64,000 bases of DNA from a virus (IMGVR_UViG_3300000976_000008:335223-399222); one strand, 5' to 3'. Positions 28,225 to 38,874 are shown, counted from the stretch's first letter. The notes: generated by a model not told the origin, from the letters alone. Made by a program: numbers and translations.

Positions 28225-28793
28225 CGATGATGTGGGTGGGAATTATGTCCATTCCCAAGATTTACAAATCCATTTGGTTCGACTGTCAAAGAATAGTCGA
28301 TCATACCATTATAAGTTCTCTGTTGCTGGATATTCATAATTCTTTGATATCCAGCATCTTTAATTTGAGCAGGAGCACCCGAATACTGAGGCATATTCTG
28401 TTTGAAAGAGAATCTTTTGAACAAATCAGCTTTCGATGGTGATGGAGGAATAGGAATCGCTGATGTGACTAGTTGCCATTGCTGTTGAAATGCTGCGTTA
28501 TTCGCAAGTTGTATAGCTTGTTGGTCTCTACGAGCTTGCAGAGCAGCTTGCGTACTCTGAGGAGTCAACCTGAGACTTCTAAACTTCACTTCAGTCTTCT
28601 TATTGAAGTATACAATCGGTTCTGTTTGTTGAATGTATACTGGAGGCTGTGGTATAGCGTTGTGGACCATCACAGATGGTTGATGGACGACATTCTGAAT
28701 CACTCGTCTAGGCTGAGAATTAACAAAGCTTCTATACTTGTCAGATGCGTATAGCGAAGAAGAGCAGGCAAGCAGAACAATTAGGTATCTCAT
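28221..28793 (-). CDS. Hypothetical secreted protein
   Basis: Signal-peptide-like N-terminus MRYLIVLLACSSSLYA; Q-rich. Confidence 0.65.
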   Translation of the reverse strand: MRYLIVLLACSSSLYASDKYRSFVNSQPRRVIQNVVHQPSVMVHNAIPQPPVYIQQTEPIVYFNKKTEVKFRSLRLTPQSTQAALQARRDQQAIQLANNAAFQQQWQLVTSAIPIPPSPSKADLFKRFSFKQNMPQYSGAPAQIKDAGYQRIMNIQQQRTYNGMIDYSLTVEPNGFVNLGNGHNSHPHHR

Positions 28794-28808
28794 AATTTCA
28801 CAATCTGA

Positions 28809-29852
28809 TTAATTAAAGATGATACGCCATCTGCAAACAATTTCGAAATCCTCTGATTTCTTCACAGGAGATTTTAGAATTCTATGACTGAAAATCCTAA
28901 ACCCGTCTCTGAGGACACCAATATCACCAGTCAATGGGTTATTATCGATATCAACAGGAGTTCGATCCAAAGTAATATCTCGACCACCTAAAGCTTTATT
29001 GATGACGAGATAATAAGGATTTAGCTGGTTTATGATATTATCAGCTTCAACCGTAGATCCTGGTGCAACAATCTTGATCTGATCACCTTCCTTGATATGA
29101 TCAATATCTGTTTCAGAAGGATCTAATGAAATTGTCGCGGTACCTGAAGAATTCGCAAGGAATGAAGTAACCCCAGAGCCAGTTAAGAAGATATCTCTCG
29201 GATCACATTCACAAGCACCAACTGAATTGACTTCTCTAGCTGCAACCAAGGCAACCTCAGTTATTGTGAAGAAGTCACTTGCCGTGACACCTAGACCATT
29301 ATACTCTTCTTTACGCAGAGTCGTCTCAAGCACTAGAACATTATTAAGTGCTCGAACATCATGAGATAATAGAGGAGTACCAGCAGGTTGGTATGACGGC
29401 TCAAAAAAGACTCTTTCGATTCTTTTCAAAGGTCTCGATGGTTCAGAAATAGGAATAGGATTAATTAATCCACCATCATATTCTGCACCAGCACCTAGCG
29501 TAATTGGTATGAAGCCACCAACAACAGTATCTTCAGTATAGAACCTGGCGTCAGCAGTGTTTAGAGGCGTACCTTCATCATCGAAAGAAGCACCGAACAT
29601 AATGTACTTCGGAGAAAATTCTTCGATATCGATATTATGTGTAACCCAATCGCCAACACCACTACCAGCATTTGGGTCCCATAATTTAGAGTGCATCATC
29701 CTATGGGATAGAATCTCTTTAGCTTCAATCTTGATGATATTAGGTTGAACTATACGGTTCAACGTCCTACCGTGGCGATCTCGAACGATAAATTCTATTT
29801 CACCTTGGTATTCCTTATAATTTTTCATATCAGAAACGCTGAACTCACTCAT
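28809..29852 (-). CDS. Baseplate / tail-collar-like structural protein
   Basis: ITEVALVA...IFSHRILKSPVKKSEDFEIVCRWRIIF resembles the C-terminus of myophage baseplate and fibre-attachment proteins. Confidence 0.65.
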   Translation of the reverse strand: MSEFSVSDMKNYKEYQGEIEFIVRDRHGRTLNRIVQPNIIKIEAKEILSHRMMHSKLWDPNAGSGVGDWVTHNIDIEEFSPKYIMFGASFDDEGTPLNTADARFYTEDTVVGGFIPITLGAGAEYDGGLINPIPISEPSRPLKRIERVFFEPSYQPAGTPLLSHDVRALNNVLVLETTLRKEEYNGLGVTASDFFTITEVALVAAREVNSVGACECDPRDIFLTGSGVTSFLANSSGTATISLDPSETDIDHIKEGDQIKIVAPGSTVEADNIINQLNPYYLVINKALGGRDITLDRTPVDIDNNPLTGDIGVLRDGFRIFSHRILKSPVKKSEDFEIVCRWRIIFN

Positions 29853-30184
29853 CTGACTTCACTTTCTATTAGATGGACCTCATAGCCATCTTTCCGTTTC
29901 TGTATATCATCTACAATAAATGATCCACATGACATCGGTAGACTGATGGAATTTGTATCCAGAGATTTGACTAGAATTACTCGTATCCCATCTTCATCAG
30001 GTTCGATATCTTTAGCGTCGTCGATCTGTTTGCGAAGCATGTCGAATGTTGCAAATTGAATAGAACTAGGCTCTACCGGCATTGGTGCTGGTGGAGCCAC
30101 TTGCTCTTTTACAGCTACTGGGATGGACTTGGTTTCTAATCCACTAGCCTTAAGAGCACTATTCAATCGATCTTGCAATCTCAT
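29849..30184 (-). CDS. Hypothetical protein
   Basis: 111-aa ORF in an operon with overlapping start/stop codons. Confidence 0.7.
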   Translation of the reverse strand: MRLQDRLNSALKASGLETKSIPVAVKEQVAPPAPMPVEPSSIQFATFDMLRKQIDDAKDIEPDEDGIRVILVKSLDTNSISLPMSCGSFIVDDIQKRKDGYEVHLIESEVR

Positions 30185-30633
30185 TATTCGCCGCTTTCTT
30201 GACCCTCAGTTTTCTTAGATAGAGATTCCTGCTCTTCCAAGTCTTTCCAAGAATCTAAGAGATCACCAAGAACAATTTTTCCATCATTCACTGACATATT
30301 GTAAACGCCAATTGTGTACCGTTCAGGCACAAGTGGTTCTTCATCATCTTCGGATACGAAAACGTCAGGATGATTAACACTAAGGAATTGAAGGAATGCC
30401 TTGGAATCATTTAGAACATCGTTGAACATTTCAGGGGCAGAATCCAACACTGCCTGCATCTGTTCTTTTGTTAATGCTCTATCACCATGTGTGAGAGGGG
30501 ATTGCCAGAATCTGTCGAAACTGGCTTTCCATAACGTGACCATAGCGGTTCTACTCTGATCAACGTCTTTGATGCGAGCATTCGCTGCAGCAACTTGATC
30601 AAAACCACTTTCAACTTGTGTGTATTTACCCAT
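30184..30633 (-). CDS. Hypothetical protein (possible fibre assembly chaperone)
   Basis: 149-aa ORF just downstream of a fibre gene; function inferred from position only. Confidence 0.65.
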   Translation of the reverse strand: MGKYTQVESGFDQVAAANARIKDVDQSRTAMVTLWKASFDRFWQSPLTHGDRALTKEQMQAVLDSAPEMFNDVLNDSKAFLQFLSVNHPDVFVSEDDEEPLVPERYTIGVYNMSVNDGKIVLGDLLDSWKDLEEQESLSKKTEGQESGE

Positions 30634-30814
30634 CGCCTTTTGCCTGTTTCTCTTTCATCGCTTTCAAGAGTTTGGTCCTGAGAGGCCAGAATTGAGCTGC
30701 TGCTGCCATAGAATCTTGACTCTTCTTAACAGCGACATCAGCAGCAGATAAAATTAGTTCAATTTCGACACCTGAGAGTGGAATTTCAAAAACATCAGCA
30801 GTTGGTTCAACCAT
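30626..30814 (-). CDS. Small hypothetical protein
   Basis: 62-aa helical ORF, GAGG RBS. Confidence 0.65.
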   Translation of the reverse strand: MVEPTADVFEIPLSGVEIELILSAADVAVKKSQDSMAAAAQFWPLRTKLLKAMKEKQAKGDG

Positions 30815-30847
30815 ATCACGCCTCTAACTCAATAATAAACGTGATAT

Positions 30848-33715
30848 CTACGCAAAAGTGATAGAAGACAACGTCCCACCATCATTAACCCACAGTTTAA
30901 TAGTTCCAGATGTTGTATTCTTCCAGATAGTTCCGAAGCCGTCGTCAATTTGGGCAGGTACAGGATCTGCAGCATCTGAGTACATTTGCAATTCTAAGGT
31001 TGAAGCAGAAGATAGCTTAGTCTTATAAGCACCTAAGTCAGCATCCCAATCGTGAAGTTCAAGAGCACCACCAGTAGAGTGCTGAATCTTGTACCCATTG
31101 ACGTTCGACCAAATCCTAGCATTCTCATATAAAGAGTAAGAATTAGCTGACGATGTGCGAAGACGGAAAATGTTCGTAACACCAGTTCCCATCACATCTG
31201 GTTCTAATGTGAATGTAGTACCAGCATGTGATAAGAGCAATCTCTCATAATTTGTCTCATCAGTATACGCTGAATAGAGAGAGAAATCAGGAGTTACAGT
31301 TCCTTGTAATCGTAATGGGCCTTGCATCCGAACTCTGTCATTTGCAGCATCAACAAACAAAGCATGTGTCAGATTATTAGTTTCAACTCTGAAGCTAGCA
31401 CCACTAAAACCGCTATCATTAATAACGCATTGAGTATTCCAAGCTAACCTGTGGTGAATTGTACCGTTTCTAGTGAAGAACCATTGATTGAAAGTCTGTT
31501 CAAGACGAGCTTTCACAGTAACAAATTCTGGATCATCAGTAGTATTCAAACTCTGATCAAACGGATTAGTACCATCAAGTAGATTGTGATCTGTTCCAGC
31601 ATCATCCGTAAAGTAAAGAATATTGGGACTATCACTCTTAAGCCAGAGATATCCCATACCAGCAGCAGGAACTGATGAATGATCAGCAGATTCTGCGAAA
31701 ATCAAATCCTTAGTTAAATTAAGGCTACCAGCAGAATCAACATTTAACAAAATGTTCCTATTTGTAGGGTCATCATAAACTCTAAATAGATCAGCAGTTT
31801 GCCCCACAGCTCCAATTGCACCAAGAGGACAACGAGTAACAGAACTATTTGAGAAAGCAGATTCAGTACCGTATAAAATTTTCAATTGGGTCGCAGATAC
31901 TGGGCCAACTCCAAAGTATCTGTCTTTATCGGTGCTAAACCAATCAGCATCCAAAGGATGTGAATAAGAGAAACCACCATCCGCTTTCAATTGAAGTTGG
32001 TAATTTGAGGAACCAGCTTTAATAGTTAGATCTCTTTCAACACCAGTTCCTACAGATTCACCAACAATCATATGATCATCGCCGGTCTGAGTGAAAAATC
32101 TCAACCTCTCATAATTCGTTGCATCAGTATAAAAATTATACACAGCAAAAGATTGAGGATTTGAACCATCTCTAGATGCCATAGAACCTGCAGCATCTCG
32201 ATAAAGCTTAATATCAGGTGTGCCAGTAGCAGAAGCAGTTGATGACCAACCCATCCAACTAGTAGCACGCTGGGCTAGTCCGCCAAGACCCAAGCTCAAG
32301 TATTCATAGTCATCCCAATTACCAATACCAATTCCAGCATGGGCCGTTATACCATACCCATTTCCACGGAACATAGCATGTTGTCCAGTGGTAGAACTAA
32401 GAAATCTCACTTCGCCAGGCACTGATCCTTCAGCACCAACATGTGCAGCGTCAAACACAACCTCATCTGTCTTATTAAGATCTTGGTCAAAAACAGGTGA
32501 AAAAGCACCTCTAGACCCGTCAGCTAAAGCATACTGTGTGTGATCATCATCCAATAGACCTGTCAGAGCACCATGATCTGTAACGCCGCCAGCAGATCTC
32601 TGCTCCCATTGTGGTGTTCCATCATCTACAAAGAGATAATCGGAATCAGTGCTATCATCATAAGTCACCCAGCCCTCTGAAGGAGTGACACCAACCCATG
32701 ATGCACCGTCATATTCAACTATCTGATTATTTGATGCACTGTCCCAAGCAGCGTTTACGGGAATTTCAGTGCCCAAAATGTATCTGTCACCATCCACCTC
32801 TGTTGGAGGAATAGCAGATGCATCAACAACAGCTAAAACAGCAGCTCTTCTACTAATACCACTTTCTATAGCACCAATTCGAGAATTAATCGCAAGGACA
32901 TCTAGATCAAGAACGTCAATTCGAGAATTGATCGCAGTTAGATCGATGTCGGCAAACTCTAGATCTTCTCCATTAGCAGAGAATTTAAAGAATTTATCAG
33001 CTCTTGAAGCAGCATTATCTGTCGGAATATCAACTAAATCAGAGCCAACCATCAATTTGTCAGCTATTGAATTTCCTAGAGAAGGTGTATTATCAAAATC
33101 ACCCGAACCGCCTCTTCTGATCAAAACCGTATAAGAATCTGCGGTATTGAAAGTGGTATTAGATAAAATGATAGCTGTCGGAGCATCAGCAGAATTCAGA
33201 GAGACATCATCAGGGTCTAACAAAGATCCATTCTTGTAGACGAAGACTTTCGAATCTGAATGGACTAGGCCCCGAGATTCTGTAGGTATTGGTATCGATG
33301 TCTCGTTATCAGTGGTGAACAAACCACTGAAACAAATCTCAGGAGATATAGAAGCTAATGTTTCAGTTACTTCATCATACCAGTCAGAAAGAGAAAATAT
33401 TTCTCCCTCTGACGATTCTTGAAGAGCAATTGTGTCTGCAAGACCAATGAAACCAGAATTAACCCTAATCTTAGATTGAAAAGAATTAAGATCGAACCAA
33501 GGAGTTCCAACTCTATATTGGGTGGGTTCGCAAAAACTGGCTTGTTGTGATAACAATCCTGTCAGGTACAACCGCATATGGTCGTATCTGGCCTGACTAC
33601 CAGGCATTGCAAAATCATCATGATCTTGACTAGCGATTCCCACATCATTAGCAAAGTCGATCCTTGCAGATGGGAATCGGATTCTATTATCTGGCAATAT
33701 AGATGCTGTGCTCAT
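30848..33715 (-). CDS. Tail fibre protein (955 aa) with DUF2793-like segment
   Basis: PP....GDRYI......AW....NQI..Y.G..W....P.EGW pattern; DHGALTGLLDDDHTQY; duplicated FDQ.LN.TD and YTD.TNYERL motifs. Confidence 0.8.
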   Translation of the reverse strand: MSTASILPDNRIRFPSARIDFANDVGIASQDHDDFAMPGSQARYDHMRLYLTGLLSQQASFCEPTQYRVGTPWFDLNSFQSKIRVNSGFIGLADTIALQESSEGEIFSLSDWYDEVTETLASISPEICFSGLFTTDNETSIPIPTESRGLVHSDSKVFVYKNGSLLDPDDVSLNSADAPTAIILSNTTFNTADSYTVLIRRGGSGDFDNTPSLGNSIADKLMVGSDLVDIPTDNAASRADKFFKFSANGEDLEFADIDLTAINSRIDVLDLDVLAINSRIGAIESGISRRAAVLAVVDASAIPPTEVDGDRYILGTEIPVNAAWDSASNNQIVEYDGASWVGVTPSEGWVTYDDSTDSDYLFVDDGTPQWEQRSAGGVTDHGALTGLLDDDHTQYALADGSRGAFSPVFDQDLNKTDEVVFDAAHVGAEGSVPGEVRFLSSTTGQHAMFRGNGYGITAHAGIGIGNWDDYEYLSLGLGGLAQRATSWMGWSSTASATGTPDIKLYRDAAGSMASRDGSNPQSFAVYNFYTDATNYERLRFFTQTGDDHMIVGESVGTGVERDLTIKAGSSNYQLQLKADGGFSYSHPLDADWFSTDKDRYFGVGPVSATQLKILYGTESAFSNSSVTRCPLGAIGAVGQTADLFRVYDDPTNRNILLNVDSAGSLNLTKDLIFAESADHSSVPAAGMGYLWLKSDSPNILYFTDDAGTDHNLLDGTNPFDQSLNTTDDPEFVTVKARLEQTFNQWFFTRNGTIHHRLAWNTQCVINDSGFSGASFRVETNNLTHALFVDAANDRVRMQGPLRLQGTVTPDFSLYSAYTDETNYERLLLSHAGTTFTLEPDVMGTGVTNIFRLRTSSANSYSLYENARIWSNVNGYKIQHSTGGALELHDWDADLGAYKTKLSSASTLELQMYSDAADPVPAQIDDGFGTIWKNTTSGTIKLWVNDGGTLSSITFA

Positions 33716-33741
33716 AACTGCTCCTAGATCTGTTCAAACTA

Positions 33742-34875
33742 TTATACTAAGCCAGATCTGGTTCTCCGACCTGCTGAGAGAGTTTTGGGAGACGCAGCGG
33801 CAGCAGCAGCTTGTTCTGGAGGTGCTGGAGGAGGTGCAACTGGTGCAGCGGCAGGAGCAGCAGGTGTCGGTGTTGGAACAGCCCCAGGAACTTGTGGGCC
33901 ATTCATCTGCTTAGCAACTTCACTCTCCTGATTCTCAGGAGAGATTGCCTGAGCAATATCTCTAATCGCACCTTCTTGTTCCTTCATCTCCGCCTGTTTT
34001 TGCCGCAGTGAACCTGGTGCTTCGCCCTTCGCGAAGTCTAGCATGTTCGTGAGCTGATCTTCAAAATCGCGTGGATTAGCGAGAGTTTCAGCCGTAACAC
34101 GAGCAATCGGTTGCGGAGCACCTGTTGTGGCGTTATCAATATACAAAATAATAGCAAGACCATCATCAGATTTCTTCCACTGAATTCCTTGCTGCTTCAA
34201 CTGTTCTTGAAGGGGACCAATACCCATTTGTTGTCCAAGAACTTGCAAGGCTCTAGCAAACTGATTGAAAAGATCACCTGGCTGAGAATTGTCTGGAGTA
34301 GCCATACCACTCAATGTTTCAGACAAGACTCGATCGAATGAGTTTTCTTGTTCTTCGGTGGGCAATTCGAATGCTAGCTTTATCCTGCTTTCAAATCGCA
34401 AAGGGAGGCGTTTTTTGACCTCTCTCGTGACTTTCTCGGCCACTACTTTTTTAGATTTTGGTTTCTTCTCAGATTCAACTATTTCTTTAGCCAATTCTGT
34501 GAAGCTTGGACGACTCTTTGGTAAGGCGAGAGGAACCTGAGAAAATGCATCGTTGATGCGGTCTTTGAATGGCATCTTAATTTCTTCCTCTCCAGCTTCA
34601 GCTAGAATTTGTTTGATCTCTGACTCGGTTATTGCTTTTAGTGAAACTGCTAGAATATTGCCGCCACGAACTTTTCTCATCTCAAGGTGAATATTTCCAG
34701 CACTTGTCATTGGTCTCAGATGTTCAACGAGACCATTTAGTGCAGACCTATTCTTCTTAAAGAGCATAAATCCTTGGATATCTGATTCATCACATACAAG
34801 ATCATACTTGACGTTGTTCTGTTCACACCACGAATCTATCGCGAAACAGACTTCCCTGAGTTGAGGATTTATCAT
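33742..34875 (-). CDS. Hypothetical protein (probable head-internal), Pro/Ala-rich C-terminus
   Basis: 377-aa ORF with ITES, IVES and LSET motifs. Confidence 0.75.
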   Translation of the reverse strand: MINPQLREVCFAIDSWCEQNNVKYDLVCDESDIQGFMLFKKNRSALNGLVEHLRPMTSAGNIHLEMRKVRGGNILAVSLKAITESEIKQILAEAGEEEIKMPFKDRINDAFSQVPLALPKSRPSFTELAKEIVESEKKPKSKKVVAEKVTREVKKRLPLRFESRIKLAFELPTEEQENSFDRVLSETLSGMATPDNSQPGDLFNQFARALQVLGQQMGIGPLQEQLKQQGIQWKKSDDGLAIILYIDNATTGAPQPIARVTAETLANPRDFEDQLTNMLDFAKGEAPGSLRQKQAEMKEQEGAIRDIAQAISPENQESEVAKQMNGPQVPGAVPTPTPAAPAAAPVAPPPAPPEQAAAAAASPKTLSAGRRTRSGLV

Positions 34876-35432
34876 TGCGTCATCCTTCTAGCAGCTCTTG
34901 AAGGCAATCTAGGAGTGTTATCATATTTCCAGTTAGCCAAACCAACCAGATTTGATCGCTTTCCTTCAACCATGATAACACCAGTGCCACATAAATCCTC
35001 GCCGAGTGTTTTGAAATGATTGGTAAAATGCAAAACAATCGAACTTATGAAATCTTCTAAATTCGGGTTTAAAAGAGTATGTGTGGCATATTTATTATTA
35101 AACTGCCTCAAAAATCTCTCATGCGGTGAAGTAATTTTCCAAACGCCCTTATGAATGTCAGGCGATATTATAAATTTTTTGGTTTTGTAACCAACCTTAC
35201 AACCATCTCTACTTATACCAACATTCAGAGATGGTCGTTCTCTCCTAATTCCTAAAGCCAAATCGCCATTCATTCTTTGAGTGACTATTTTCAATTGGCT
35301 TTCTAGATTAGAAACTTCTTGTCTTGCGGCATTCAATTGTATACGAATAGCCCTGGCTTTCTCCACAGGACTCATCCCACGGGGGTCCGATTCCTCGAAG
35401 AGGACATCTAGACTAGTGTGGAACGTTGGCAT
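34872..35432 (-). CDS. Hypothetical protein
   Basis: 186-aa ORF, GGAG RBS, CAAACATA motif at 35458-35465 (minus). Confidence 0.75.
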   Translation of the reverse strand: MPTFHTSLDVLFEESDPRGMSPVEKARAIRIQLNAARQEVSNLESQLKIVTQRMNGDLALGIRRERPSLNVGISRDGCKVGYKTKKFIISPDIHKGVWKITSPHERFLRQFNNKYATHTLLNPNLEDFISSIVLHFTNHFKTLGEDLCGTGVIMVEGKRSNLVGLANWKYDNTPRLPSRAARRMTQ

Positions 35433-35523
35433 ATCTTCTCCGCATGAATACTCAATTTATGTTTGAGCTGTAGAGAATGTAGAAGCAGCTCAGTTATGAT
35501 TCTGTATTTACAACCTGTATGCA

Positions 35524-35554
35524 AACAGCCATGCCCATATTGAGCATGGCTGTT
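35524..35554 (-). terminator. Probable intrinsic terminator hairpin after the 35586-36214 unit
   Basis: AACAGCCATGCTCA-ATA-TGGGCATGGCTGTT, 14-bp stem on the minus strand; the U-tract is short. Confidence 0.55.
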
Positions 35555-35585
35555 GAGAGCATTCACCCCACAGTGCATCAAGGTA

Positions 35586-35960
35586 TTAAGCTTGACCAAA
35601 CGCTTGAGACATTCCCATGGCCATACCACCAGTTGGGAGATCCATTTGGTCAGGAATCATGTCTGCCATATTTGAGATAACATCACTATCGGTTACTTCA
35701 AGAACTTCTTGAACATCTTGAATTTTACCAATGAGATCTCTAGCTCTATCCGCTCCGCCAGCTCGTACAACTAATTCCTGAGCTAATGATAATAGCTCAG
35801 GGTCTGGTGGGCATTCACCCTCATCAACATACGCACCATCAGGAGGGCCTTCGTCCCCAGGCATCATGAGCATACCAGCATCAGCATGGATGCTTGGTTC
35901 AGATGCCATAGTGGATGCAGGCACATCCTCCATGATAGCAAGTATTCTAGCGATTGACAT
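35586..35960 (-). CDS. Acidic hypothetical protein
   Basis: 124 aa; N-terminal ILAIMED motif. Confidence 0.7.
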   Translation of the reverse strand: MSIARILAIMEDVPASTMASEPSIHADAGMLMMPGDEGPPDGAYVDEGECPPDPELLSLAQELVVRAGGADRARDLIGKIQDVQEVLEVTDSDVISNMADMIPDQMDLPTGGMAMGMSQAFGQA

Positions 35961-36214
35961 TAGGCTACTTTAACAATATAACCAAACTCTTCAGCAAGTC
36001 TCATGACTTGAAGAGTCTTCTTTGGAAGTTCAACTTGATCGTTAACATCTTCCATAATGGCCGAAGCAATTGCTGAAACTGATTCGACTTGAACACGAGA
36101 TTCAAGAGGGTCAGTATTATGAGAACCAACGATTCTCAGGCCGAAATCTTTGATGCTCTCAGCAAAGACGTTAACGTCGCCCTTAGCAAGAACACGCAAT
36201 GTAGAAAGTGTCAT
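35960..36214 (-). CDS. Hypothetical protein
   Basis: 84 aa; GAGGAG RBS; CAAAGATA motif at 36234-36241 (minus). Confidence 0.7.
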   Translation of the reverse strand: MTLSTLRVLAKGDVNVFAESIKDFGLRIVGSHNTDPLESRVQVESVSAIASAIMEDVNDQVELPKKTLQVMRLAEEFGYIVKVA

Positions 36215-36254
36215 AGTGGTCTCCTCATGATGGTATCTTTGACCACCTAATTAC

Positions 36255-37253
36255 TTACTTTGCCGATGCTTCCAAGCCAATCGCAATATCTATCCATGCT
36301 CTTTGGAACTGATCCATAGATTTGATAGTATTATTGCCATATGCCATTGAAAGATGGCTAGACAATTGTTTGAACCAATCTAACCATGCATCTCTGTTCG
36401 AGACCGCAGTATCGTTGGAAACTTTCGTGTTTTTCAAGATAGTGGGAACATCCATATACTCACCAGAATTAATCTTGGAAGCAATCAACCTAAACGAAGC
36501 AGCAAGTCTTACCGCATCTTCTTGAACTTGAGAAGACCCATAAGATGGTGACAGTTTCACCGCCTTAACCCACGAATAAGACTTTTGCTGCAATCCACTT
36601 AGGCTTACGTCGCCGCCACCGCCACCATCACCACCATTCCAATCAGTTCCGCCACCTCCGTTATCATTCCAATCGGTCCCACCGCCACCATTACCGCCGC
36701 CGTCTTTACCACCAACAACTTGAACAGCTTTAACTTGGGTCTTTGTTCTTTGTTCAATTCCTACTACTTTTCCTTCTTCATCTGGTTTTGTGAAGACATA
36801 GGATGCTGTTAGAACAACAACATAAGTAGTATTCTCAGATCCTGTGCCAAAGATCACTCGACTACTATCCGGCCAAATGATAATCTTCTTAGCAGGCAGC
36901 ACAGTCCAAGAGTATTGGACGGAGTACAAATTATCTGGTTTAGCACTAGGTTTAATCCACAATTGGATTATATCACCAACGTTGAATGGCTTATCAGCAC
37001 CCATTATTTCAGGTGTAGGAACTTCAAAACCATCATCAACAACAGCTAATGGTGGTGCTGGAGGAGTATCCTCTGCATCTGAAAGGACAAATTCAGATTC
37101 TTGGACTTCGCCAGTATATTCCTGAATCGAAGAATCAACAGCAGGAATCCTAGCTGTTTGTAAACTCTCCTTGTTAAATTGCTGAAATGCAACGCCCGCA
37201 ATAGTGAGTATTGCAATAACAAGCAATTTGTTCGATTTTAAAAAGTTTCGCAT
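36255..37253 (-). CDS. Membrane-anchored / exported protein with Ig-like domain, Gly-rich linker and helical C-terminal domain
   Basis: N-terminal hydrophobic helix LLVIAILTIAGVAF; GGGGTDWN repeat x2. Confidence 0.75.
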   Translation of the reverse strand: MRNFLKSNKLLVIAILTIAGVAFQQFNKESLQTARIPAVDSSIQEYTGEVQESEFVLSDAEDTPPAPPLAVVDDGFEVPTPEIMGADKPFNVGDIIQLWIKPSAKPDNLYSVQYSWTVLPAKKIIIWPDSSRVIFGTGSENTTYVVVLTASYVFTKPDEEGKVVGIEQRTKTQVKAVQVVGGKDGGGNGGGGTDWNDNGGGGTDWNGGDGGGGGDVSLSGLQQKSYSWVKAVKLSPSYGSSQVQEDAVRLAASFRLIASKINSGEYMDVPTILKNTKVSNDTAVSNRDAWLDWFKQLSSHLSMAYGNNTIKSMDQFQRAWIDIAIGLEASAK

Positions 37254-37323
37254 TGTATCTTATCCAGGATCGGTATCTATCGAATCAAACAAGGAGAGTT
37301 GTCAGCCTAATCTTAAGGTTGGC

Positions 37324-37707
37324 TTACAGATCGAATTGAAGATCTTTACTTTCGCCACCTTCTTCATCGTCTTTGCCCTTACCAAAGAGATTTCCAAGAC
37401 CTTTCTTCGCAAGGTTGAAAGCACCTTCAATAGCACCAGGCAAAATACTATTTCTCAGCAATGGGTCAGCAACCCAATCTGGACCTGGTAGATCCAAAGG
37501 AACAACGTGTTCATCGTAGAGACGAGCACCAGCATCCTTCATCAATCTCAAGTCTTCATCAGTAAGATCTTTCATCGCAACGAGCTGTACGGCATTACCC
37601 ACAGCCATGATGAAGACCCAAACTTCAGACATTGAGACCTTACCGTCATCAAATGCATCCAAAGAAGCAACGATCACCTCTTTGAATTTGTCATAGTATG
37701 GATTCAC
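37324..37707 (-). CDS. Hypothetical protein
   Basis: 127 aa, GGAGG RBS, CAAATCTA motif at 37747-37754 (minus); LYDEHVVPLDLPGPDWVADPLLR motif. Confidence 0.75.
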   Translation of the reverse strand: MNPYYDKFKEVIVASLDAFDDGKVSMSEVWVFIMAVGNAVQLVAMKDLTDEDLRLMKDAGARLYDEHVVPLDLPGPDWVADPLLRNSILPGAIEGAFNLAKKGLGNLFGKGKDDEEGGESKDLQFDL

Positions 37708-37792
37708 TTCGCACCTCCGGACAGATTGATCTAAGATTCATCATTTTAGATTTGCTGGAGATCGATAGCTTATCATTAAAGGTAGATATCGC

Positions 37793-38521
37793 ATGTCAGA
37801 AACAGAAAATGATATACCATTAGTCTCAGCTATAACATTAACCGGTAGGAATAATTTATCGGATTTGTTAAACTGTATCGAATGTTTTAAGGCACAAACA
37901 TATCCATATAAGGAATTAATTATAATCAACAATGCTAGAAATCAACTAGCAGCTAGTGAATTGAATATCAAGGCGGAGAAGGATATATTCCTAATAGATA
38001 CGCCAAATGAATTGACTACTGGTATGGCCAGAGCACATGGTATGGCAGCGGCAAACGGTCGAATAATAGCACAATTCGACGTTGATTATTGGCATGCACC
38101 AAATAGATTAGAAACCCAAATAGTAAATCTTGGGCGGCAAAGTGCACACATATCAGTATTATCAAGATGCTTAGGATACAGTTTCGTTTCAGGTAGAGCC
38201 AGATACCATGAAAACGAAAAGAGAGCAATCTTAGGAACAATGGTGCATATTAGACAGGCAGAAATAAATTATCAACCTGATCGAGATAAAAACGAAGAAT
38301 TAGGATTCCTCGAAGATCTTACCAAAAAAGGTTATCAACCAATATCAATTGATTCTCCCGAACTATGTTGTAAACTAAACCTCACATCAGAAGGTAGAAT
38401 CACAACACCAATAAATTCAGGGCTAAGTAAAGCTCACTTCAAAACGGTACAGGAAATGCTGACAAATCATCATTCTCCAAAGAATGCAGCACCAGAGATT
38501 CCAACAACTGCAGAGAATTAG
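37793..38521 (+). CDS. Glycosyltransferase family 2 protein
   Basis: PLVSAIT...CIECFKAQTYPYKELIIINN...ARAHG...ANGRIIAQFDVDYWHAPNRL, the GT-A pattern with DxD. Confidence 0.9.
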   Translation: MSETENDIPLVSAITLTGRNNLSDLLNCIECFKAQTYPYKELIIINNARNQLAASELNIKAEKDIFLIDTPNELTTGMARAHGMAAANGRIIAQFDVDYWHAPNRLETQIVNLGRQSAHISVLSRCLGYSFVSGRARYHENEKRAILGTMVHIRQAEINYQPDRDKNEELGFLEDLTKKGYQPISIDSPELCCKLNLTSEGRITTPINSGLSKAHFKTVQEMLTNHHSPKNAAPEIPTTAEN

Positions 38522-38828
38522 GATCAGAAAGATCAACACTAATCTGTTTTTCGCCGTAACTGAACGACATTTTAGTAGGACCCTCTTTATTTTCAAAAAG
38601 AATCGTCGGATATCCTTGATTCATCACCGACATGATAGATTGATTGATTAAATTACTTTTCTCTCTTTCAGTTAATTGCTCGAATTTGTCATCGGCTTTC
38701 TTTTGAGCCTCAACCAAGGCATCATATTGAATACCTTTCGCAATAATTAATCCAAAACCCAAAGGATAATAGCCAACATTTCTATCCCTAAGAAATGTTC
38801 CGAGATGTTCTAGAACAGCCTCATTCAT
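38439..38828 (-). CDS. Hypothetical protein
   Basis: Likely start MNEAVL at 38828; 3' end overlaps the GT2 gene by ~80 nt. Confidence 0.55.
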   Translation of the reverse strand: MNEAVLEHLGTFLRDRNVGYYPLGFGLIIAKGIQYDALVEAQKKADDKFEQLTEREKSNLINQSIMSVMNQGYPTILFENKEGPTKMSFSYGEKQISVDLSDPNSLQLLESLVLHSLENDDLSAFPVPF

Positions 38829-38840
38829 AGATATATTGTT

Positions 38841-38848
38841 CAAAAATA
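38841..38848 (+). promoter_or_regulatory. CAAANNTA motif (CAAAAATA), candidate late promoter of the 38875-43377 unit
   Basis: 26 nt upstream of ATG 38875, followed by a GAGGA RBS. Confidence 0.6.
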
Positions 38849-38874
38849 TGAATAGATAAACGAAAGAGGAACTC

